DNA of 53,194 nucleotides from a bacterium (GTDB lineage Bacteria; Bacillota_I; Bacilli_A; RF39; UBA660): NCBI GenBank assembly GCA_963588075.1, contig CAVAGO010000002.1, positions 1 to 53,194 of the forward strand, read 5' to 3'. Shown piece by piece: positions 47,526 to 53,194 of this stretch (position 1 is its first letter; each line of letters starts with the position of its first letter). The notes under the pieces were generated by a model. It saw only the letters and a program-made list of their open reading frames with translations, ran no database searches and was not told where the DNA came from. The position numbers and the translations under genes were made by a program.

Positions 47526-47550
47526 AAAGCTCTTATTTTATAAGAGCTTT
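47526..47550. terminator. Strong hairpin (bidirectional terminator candidate) at the island junction
   Basis: Perfect 11-bp stem aaagctcttat/ataagagcttt with loop ttt. Confidence 0.6.
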
Positions 47551-47554
47551 ATAA

Positions 47555-47614
47555 TTATTTACCACAGCATTGTTTATATTTTTTACCTGATCCACATGAA
47601 AATCCTAAGGGCAT
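47555..47614 (-). pseudogene. 19-codon SEC-C-motif micro-ORF, probably the 3' remnant of a truncated gene
   Basis: Minus strand reads ATG CCC TTA GGA TTT TCA TGT GGA TCA GGT AAA AAA TAT AAA CAA TGC TGT GGT AAA TAA = MPLGFSCGSGKKYKQCCGK*. An in-frame stop lies 17 codons upstream of the ATG. Confidence 0.45.
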
Positions 47615-47821
47615 ATTTATAGTATTATTAGTACATATAGTATTTCCTTTATTTTCAAGGGTTTAGGACATTTAGTAATTAATATTTATCGTATTATAAA
47701 TACTTAAAAATACATATAATATTTAATTTACGTGGACAAAATGTGGACAAGGTCATCTTATACTTTTCACACTTTTGCTTACATATTTATTATACATTTT
47801 TTAATTTAATATATCAATATA

Positions 47822-49039
47822 CTATGATTCTTCTTCTAATAAAAAATCAATAATATTTTTATGGATTATACCATTTTGTGACATATCAAATTTATCTGTT
47901 GATATTACATATTTCGGATAATGATCTTTAACGTTATCAAAGGCACCAAATTCTCTATTTATAACAGATTCATCCGCTAATATGAATGCTACTTGGATAT
48001 ATATTTTTTCTTCGTATCTTGTTGCGATAAAATCTATTTCACCATTTTCTAGGTTACCTACTTTAACATCATACCCTCTAGATAATAATTCATTATATAC
48101 TATATTTTCTAGATAAGCACCCATTTGAGGTCTTTTTGTAGTATTCATTACACTACCAATACCTAAATCTGTTAAATAGTATTTATATTTACCATTTAGT
48201 ATTCTTTTTCCCCTAACATCATATCTATCTGCTTTACTAATAAGCATTGCTTTTGTCATATATTCTAGATAATTATATAAAGTAATTTTAGAAACTTCTC
48301 TTTCATCATTATTTAAAAAATAATTTGCTAAACTTTCTGCTGAAAAAGTTTGTGATGGTGTTGTAACAATATATTCGACTATTCTATTAAATAAATCTAT
48401 ATCTTTTATATTAAATCTAGTTATTATGTCTTTTACTATGATTGAGTTATATATATCTGATAAATAAGTTTTGATTTGATTTTCATCTGTCATTATAAAT
48501 CTTTGAGGTAATCCACCCCATTTTATATATTCATTAAAATCATTTTCTAGTTCATATTTATTTTTATCTTTAATATTCTTTAATTCGCATACTTCTTTGA
48601 ATGTAAATGGATATACTTTGAATGATACATATCTACCTGCTAGATGAGTAGCAAGTTCACCCGATAACAAATCACTATTTGAACCTGTTATAAAAATAGA
48701 AACATTATCTTTATACTTTGCTTTAAATGAGTTAACTGCTTTTTCCCAATTTTCTACATTTTGAATTTCATCAAAGAATAAATAGTATTTTTTATCATTT
48801 ACTATTTTATCTTTTATATAATCATGTAAATCTAAATCATTTTTTATAAAATAATAATCTTCAAATTCAAAGTTAATATATATTATTTGTTCTTCATCTA
48901 TACCTTTATTTTTTAATTCATCTATTATTTGCATTAAAATTATGGATTTTCCACATCTTCTTATACCAGTAATTACTTTTATAAGGTCAACATCATAAAA
49001 TGGTCTTATTTTAGATAAATATTTTTCACGAATAATCAT
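47822..49039 (-). CDS. AAA-family ATP-binding protein (AAA_14/DUF4143-type)
   Basis: ITGIRRCGKS Walker A and YLFFDEIQ Walker B. Start trimmed to ATG 49039 (GAGGGTGA upstream). Confidence 0.75.
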   Translation of the reverse strand: MIIREKYLSKIRPFYDVDLIKVITGIRRCGKSIILMQIIDELKNKGIDEEQIIYINFEFEDYYFIKNDLDLHDYIKDKIVNDKKYYLFFDEIQNVENWEKAVNSFKAKYKDNVSIFITGSNSDLLSGELATHLAGRYVSFKVYPFTFKEVCELKNIKDKNKYELENDFNEYIKWGGLPQRFIMTDENQIKTYLSDIYNSIIVKDIITRFNIKDIDLFNRIVEYIVTTPSQTFSAESLANYFLNNDEREVSKITLYNYLEYMTKAMLISKADRYDVRGKRILNGKYKYYLTDLGIGSVMNTTKRPQMGAYLENIVYNELLSRGYDVKVGNLENGEIDFIATRYEEKIYIQVAFILADESVINREFGAFDNVKDHYPKYVISTDKFDMSQNGIIHKNIIDFLLEEES

Positions 49040-49104
49040 AGTATCACCCTCTCTGATACAATTATACAATCAAATTATGTGTTTGTCAATTTTGTTTAGT
49101 ACGG

Positions 49105-49138
49105 TGTACAAAATACCATTTTTCGACAATTTTGTACA
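49105..49138. promoter_or_regulatory. Operator-like inverted repeat upstream of the ATPase gene
   Basis: tgtacaaaat (49105-49114) and attttgtaca (49129-49138) form a perfect 10-bp inverted repeat. A third caattttgt copy lies at 49087-49095. Confidence 0.35.
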
Positions 49139-49247
49139 TTTGGTCATCTATAATAAAAATTAATTGTTTATATCTGATATAGATAATTGTTTATTACGAA
49201 AAAAGTGCAATTATGCACTAAATTCGTAACGACTCAAAATTTTATAA

Positions 49248-49697
49248 TTAATCTTTAATATATTTTTGAGTACTTCTACCCACTAACCAATCCATAGATA
49301 TATTATAATTTTTACATATTGTATAGATTGTAATTGTATTAATCAGATAATTCCCGGTTTCATAACCACTATATGTAGTTTGAGATATTCCACAATCATC
49401 AGCTAAAGCTTGTTGTGATAAATTTAATTCATTTCTTAATTGTTTTAATTTAGCACCTATTTTATATTTATCTGTATTTATCTTATCATATTTATTATTT
49501 GTTCTAACAAATCCGACTACAAAATCTAATGAATAGTTATATAAATTACAGAACTTAATTAATTTATTAAAAGGCATTGTATCATGTGCATTTTCCCAAC
49601 CATGTACTGTATATCTTGAAACACCAAAAACAAAACCTAATTCCTCTTGCGTCATTTCTAATTCTTCTCTACAATACTTTAAATTATTATTAATCAT
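49248..49697 (-). CDS. XRE-family transcriptional regulator with two HTH domains
   Basis: MTQEELGFVFGVSRYTVHGWEN and LSQQALADDCGISQTTYSGYETG. Confidence 0.8.
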   Translation of the reverse strand: MINNNLKYCREELEMTQEELGFVFGVSRYTVHGWENAHDTMPFNKLIKFCNLYNYSLDFVVGFVRTNNKYDKINTDKYKIGAKLKQLRNELNLSQQALADDCGISQTTYSGYETGNYLINTITIYTICKNYNISMDWLVGRSTQKYIKD

Positions 49698-49772
49698 AAT
49701 ACTATCACCAATAATAATTTTCCCATTTAAATAATATTTATCAGCAAAAGTGTGGGCTTATCGTTCGTGATG

Positions 49773-49781
49773 TGATATAAT
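49773..49781 (+). promoter_or_regulatory. Extended -10 promoter element for the rightward genes
   Basis: TGaTATAAT at 49773-49781, ~22 nt upstream of ATG 49804 and divergent from the XRE gene. Confidence 0.4.
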
Positions 49782-49803
49782 AAAAAATAAGAGGTGATAA
49801 ATT

Positions 49804-50103
49804 ATGTATTTCGAAGATACATGTTTAAAGTTAGTTAAAGTGTTAATTTGGTCTATGTTTATTACATTATTATTTACCTTAAACATACTTAATTATGATA
49901 TTGGTATATTTTTTTGCAAAGTTATAGATATTCCAAAAGATTTTGCATTAACCATGGTTTCTCCAGGAATGGCAATAAATATAACTATTATTTTATTCAC
50001 TATAGAAATGTTCTGCTTATTCAATATAATTAAAGTTGTTAAAAGAATAAAAGTAATAGATGAATTTTTTAAATTTTTATGCGATTTTGAAGATATATAT
50101 TAG
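49804..50103 (+). CDS. Small membrane protein (about 3 TM segments)
   Basis: Hydrophobic 99-aa ORF with a GAGGTGA RBS. Confidence 0.45.
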   Translation: MYFEDTCLKLVKVLIWSMFITLLFTLNILNYDIGIFFCKVIDIPKDFALTMVSPGMAINITIILFTIEMFCLFNIIKVVKRIKVIDEFFKFLCDFEDIY

Positions 50104-50161
50104 ATAATACTGGATTGGTGCTATAATTATAATATAAAATTACTGATTGGAGGTTTTTACT

Positions 50162-50407
50162 ATGAATGATAATGATATAATTCAGCACGAGGAAGAAAGA
50201 ATTTATAAATTTGGCAATTCAAAAGTGATTGTTCATATTCCTCAAATGACAGTTGCACAAAAAAGGGAAAATTTAAGAAAGTTATATGATACAATAAACG
50301 AAATTGCTAGAAATTGTGAAAAGAGAGGAATTAATACTTCAGATTGGTTTTATACAGCAGATGAAATAGAAAAAATGAAAAAGGATCCAAAATATACTTT
50401 TATATAG
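50162..50407 (+). CDS. Hypothetical small protein
   Basis: ATG 50162 preceded by GGAGG. The track's upstream extension starts at a TTG inside the RBS. Confidence 0.45.
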   Translation: MNDNDIIQHEEERIYKFGNSKVIVHIPQMTVAQKRENLRKLYDTINEIARNCEKRGINTSDWFYTADEIEKMKKDPKYTFI

Positions 50408-50430
50408 TAATTAAAAGGAGGAGATACAGA

Positions 50431-51558
50431 ATGTTTAAAACAAGTATTAAATTAGACGATTATGTGGTTTTGGATGTAGAAAATCCTAATACCAAAGCCG
50501 ATTCTATTTGCTCTATAGCATTTATACAAGTTAAAAATGGCAAGATTAAAGATAAAAAATATTTTTTAATAAATCCCGAAGATAGATTTGATGATATTAA
50601 TATAAGAGTTAATGGGATAACTCCTAATATGGTAAAAGATGCTATTACTTTTGATGTTTTTTGGAATAATAATAAAGATATATTAGAAAATAATATTATT
50701 GTAGGTCATGCTATTAAATACGATTTGAGCGTCATTTCTAAAACTTTAATGAAATATAATATTACTTTACCCACACTAAAAGTTATCTGTACACAAAAAT
50801 TATCACAAAAATATTTAAATACTAATCATTATAAATTAGATTTAGTATGTGATTATCTCAATATAAATTTAGAACAGCATCATAATGCTTTATGTGATAC
50901 TACAGCTAGCTTTGAAATATTGAAACACATTAACGAAAAATATGGTTTAGATGAATGTGATATTGAAGATTATAAATATACAGAAAGCAAAAATCATTCC
51001 AACGGTATGAAAATAATTTATAGCGATGATACAAAAGGATTACAAAATTTAAAAAAAATCATTGAAGCAATAATGATAGATAATGAAATTGGATTAAATG
51101 AAATTAATGAATTAAATGAATGGTTAGATAACAATAACCACTTAATTGGTAACTATCCTTTCGACAAAATTTACTCTATTGTAAAAAAAGTATTAAACGA
51201 TGGAATAATATCAAGTGATGAAATTAATGAATTATTGAGTGAATTCAACAATTTCATAAATCCTATTAAAGAAAATAATTCTAACAGAACGTTTGATTTT
51301 CAAAATAAAATATTTTGTTTAACCGGTACATTTAATTTTGGTTCTAAAGATAATATTGAAGAAAAAATTGTTGAAAAAGGGGGAATTTGTGGAAAAAATG
51401 TAACTTCAAAAACGGACTATTTGATAGTCGGTGGTTCGGGAAGTGATGCATGGAAATTTGGAAATTATGGTGGAAAAGTTCAAAAAGCTATGGAATTAAA
51501 AGAAAAAGGCAAAAATATAGAAATAGTAAGTGAAGATGATTTTTTAAATCAATTATAA
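50431..51558 (+). CDS. DnaQ-like 3'-5' exonuclease fused to a C-terminal BRCT domain
   Basis: VLDVENPN (Exo I), GHAIKYDLSVI (Exo II) and HHNALCDT (Exo III). The C-terminus FCLTGTF...TDYLIVG...KAMELKEKG..IVSEDDF resembles ligase-type BRCT. Confidence 0.65.
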   Translation: MFKTSIKLDDYVVLDVENPNTKADSICSIAFIQVKNGKIKDKKYFLINPEDRFDDINIRVNGITPNMVKDAITFDVFWNNNKDILENNIIVGHAIKYDLSVISKTLMKYNITLPTLKVICTQKLSQKYLNTNHYKLDLVCDYLNINLEQHHNALCDTTASFEILKHINEKYGLDECDIEDYKYTESKNHSNGMKIIYSDDTKGLQNLKKIIEAIMIDNEIGLNEINELNEWLDNNNHLIGNYPFDKIYSIVKKVLNDGIISSDEINELLSEFNNFINPIKENNSNRTFDFQNKIFCLTGTFNFGSKDNIEEKIVEKGGICGKNVTSKTDYLIVGGSGSDAWKFGNYGGKVQKAMELKEKGKNIEIVSEDDFLNQL

Positions 51559-51570
51559 AAAGGTATTTAT

Positions 51571-51903
51571 ATGAAAAAATATACAGACGATGAAATTTTA
51601 AAGATGAAAAAAATAAATACGAAAATTGCTGGTGATTATTTGGGAGTTCCACCTATGGCAGTCGCACTCGGTTTAAGAGATGAACGACTTCCGATCGGAT
51701 ATGCTATAAAAAAGGGCAATAAATGGAGTTATTATATTATTGCTGAAAGATTAGTAGGTTATAAAAACGGAATATTGACAAATGTTGTTATTGATAGAAT
51801 TGAAGACAGATTAAATAAAATAATTGAGAATTTTAGTGATATAAAGCAAGATTTAATTATTTTATATAAAGAAAAAATAAATAATGCTGGAGGTAAAAAT
51901 TGA
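51571..51903 (+). CDS. Hypothetical protein (possible DNA-binding)
   Basis: 110-aa ORF, tightly packed with its neighbours. Confidence 0.4.
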   Translation: MKKYTDDEILKMKKINTKIAGDYLGVPPMAVALGLRDERLPIGYAIKKGNKWSYYIIAERLVGYKNGILTNVVIDRIEDRLNKIIENFSDIKQDLIILYKEKINNAGGKN

Positions 51904-51904
51904 T

Positions 51905-52282
51905 ATGTTATTTAAGAAAAAAAATAAAAATATTATCAGAGTTATTCACTATGAAGGTTTAAAAGGTTTTAATCAAAATTATCCATGTACTATAGAGGAA
52001 AAAGAACATGAATTTGAGATTAAAAAAAACAATCCAGAATTAATTGTCACATTACCAAAAAATAAAGTTGTAAAAATTGATTCATTAAGTGATAATGATT
52101 TTATGCAGAAGTATCATAATACAATAGGAACAAATGATAAAATGTATTATCTAGTTATCACCTATAGTTCTAATGATGGTTCTGAAAAGCAAATTGTTTT
52201 TTGGGGTTCTTCTTTAGAAGCAATAAAGTTTAATGAGTTAAAATATAAGTACAATGGAAATGTAGAAAATTATACTCTATAA
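51905..52282 (+). CDS. Hypothetical protein
   Basis: ATG 51905 lies just after the upstream TGA (51901-51903), with GGAGG upstream. Confidence 0.4.
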   Translation: MLFKKKNKNIIRVIHYEGLKGFNQNYPCTIEEKEHEFEIKKNNPELIVTLPKNKVVKIDSLSDNDFMQKYHNTIGTNDKMYYLVITYSSNDGSEKQIVFWGSSLEAIKFNELKYKYNGNVENYTL

Positions 52283-52349
52283 AAATTGAAAGATATCATA
52301 AAAATGTTTAATTAATACCATAAGACTAGCAAAGATATGGAGAATATGA

Positions 52350-52535
52350 ATGGAAAAAGTATATATCAATCAAAAGGAATTAACTGAAATATTAGGATGT
52401 GGAAGAAGAAATGGTGAACGTGTAATGAAACATTTATTGAAAATTGCAAAAGAAAAGAATTATTACATACCAGAAAGTAAACGTGACATTTTAATTCCAC
52501 TTCATCTTGTAAAAAACGAATTAAAATTAAAATAA
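52350..52535 (+). CDS. Small HTH DNA-binding protein (excisionase/AlpA-like candidate)
   Basis: YINQKELTEILGCGRRNGERVMK helix-turn-helix-like segment; 61 aa. Confidence 0.4.
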   Translation: MEKVYINQKELTEILGCGRRNGERVMKHLLKIAKEKNYYIPESKRDILIPLHLVKNELKLK

Positions 52536-52558
52536 CAGATATAAGCGAGGTATATTAT

Positions 52559-53194
52559 ATGAAAAAAATAAGAGATTTCTTTATTGTTTTATTTGGAGGC
52601 CCTTTTGGACTTCACAAATTTATTAACAAAGAATTTGGTATGGGAATATTATATTTATTTACCGGAGGAATATTTTTAATAGGTTGGTTTAAAGACGTTA
52701 TAAATGCTAGTAAAAATTTATTTAATATAAATGAGTTTAGTTCGTTAATGAGTTATAATATTATAAAACAAATAAATAACGGGGACTTACCTTGTATTGA
52801 TACACCAAATTTAAATCTTGAAGGTAATGAATTTTGTTGCTATATGGATAAAGGTTATACATTCAAAGATAAAACAATTACAACAGGATATACAGGTAAA
52901 AATAATGGTGTTAGCATAAGAATAGCAAAAGGTATTTCATATAGAACTGGGGCTAGTGGAAATAAAGCAATTAGAGAAACTCAAAGAACTAAATATTTTG
53001 GGACATTATATTTGACAACTAAAAGATTAATATATTCATCTCAAAAAGTTAGTTTTGACAAACCACACGAAAAAATCACATCTATTCAAGAAGCAAAAGA
53101 TGGATTAATTATTCAAATTGGTTCAAATACTTATGAGATAGTTATCAATACTCACTCTGAATTTATGAAAGTATACACTAATTATATACGATTA
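52559..53194 (+). CDS. TM2-domain membrane protein with a C-terminal soluble domain (partial; open to the window end)
   Basis: Not in the ORF track. ATG 52559 opens 212 codons with no stop up to 53194. N-terminus FGGPFGLHKFINKEFGMGILYLFTGGIFLIGWFKD is a TM2-type motif. Confidence 0.6.
   Translation, partial: MKKIRDFFIVLFGGPFGLHKFINKEFGMGILYLFTGGIFLIGWFKDVINASKNLFNINEFSSLMSYNIIKQINNGDLPCIDTPNLNLEGNEFCCYMDKGYTFKDKTITTGYTGKNNGVSIRIAKGISYRTGASGNKAIRETQRTKYFGTLYLTTKRLIYSSQKVSFDKPHEKITSIQEAKDGLIIQIGSNTYEIVINTHSEFMKVYTNYIRL

Noticed and set aside
47822-53194. Labelling the right-hand block as a prophage or ICE feature.
   Set aside because: No integrase, transposase, att repeats, replication genes or structural genes are visible in the window. 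I keep it as a hypothesis in the findings only.
1-53194. CRISPR arrays, rRNA genes and tRNA genes.
   Set aside because: Intergenic regions are short. I saw no regularly spaced direct repeats, no cloverleaf-like GC-rich segments, and no rRNA-like conserved blocks.

Overview
AT-rich chromosomal window from a low-GC Gram-positive (Bacillota-type) genome; I cannot assign the taxon. Housekeeping genes have an origin-proximal flavour: cca, murD-murC, rpsF-ssb-rpsR, ychF, DUF951, mscS-like, parB-parA, ftsH, tilS, and prfB with its classic +1 frameshift site. An adenine deaminase/NCS2 permease pair, cell-wall enzymes, GNAT and NUDIX genes follow. The standout is a ~19 kb accessory island (about 4.9-24.0 kb, all on the minus strand) wedged between murC and rpsR. 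It starts with a compact, rearranged type VII secretion (T7SSb-like) module: essC, a yukD/esaB-like gene, a double-length WXG protein, three small helical proteins and a DUF4176 protein. No essA/essB/esaA is visible in the window. Three polymorphic toxin genes come next, and a fourth copy starts at 628 and runs off the left edge. All four share a long (~375-435 aa) N-terminal domain that does not look like LXG, and they carry different C-terminal warheads. Toxin C (1272 aa) carries two warheads, a RelA/SpoT-like pyrophosphokinase and a C3/VIP2-like R-S-ExE ADP-ribosyltransferase. Three genes follow it: a small protein, an HD-type small alarmone hydrolase (SAH) and a DraG-like ADP-ribosylglycohydrolase (ARH). 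Toxin B (682 aa) has only the RelA/SpoT-like warhead, and the gene after it is a paralogue of the small protein downstream of toxin C. Toxin A (807 aa) ends in a domain with CD38/ADP-ribosyl-cyclase-like motifs. The 5' ~630-785 bp of the toxin genes are near-identical DNA repeats. The right end (about 47.6-53.2 kb) looks horizontally acquired: an XRE switch, a DnaQ-exonuclease-BRCT fusion and small DNA-binding proteins, but no integrase or transposase in the window. I found no rRNA, tRNA or CRISPR. All domain calls come from motif recognition in the supplied translations, not from database searches.
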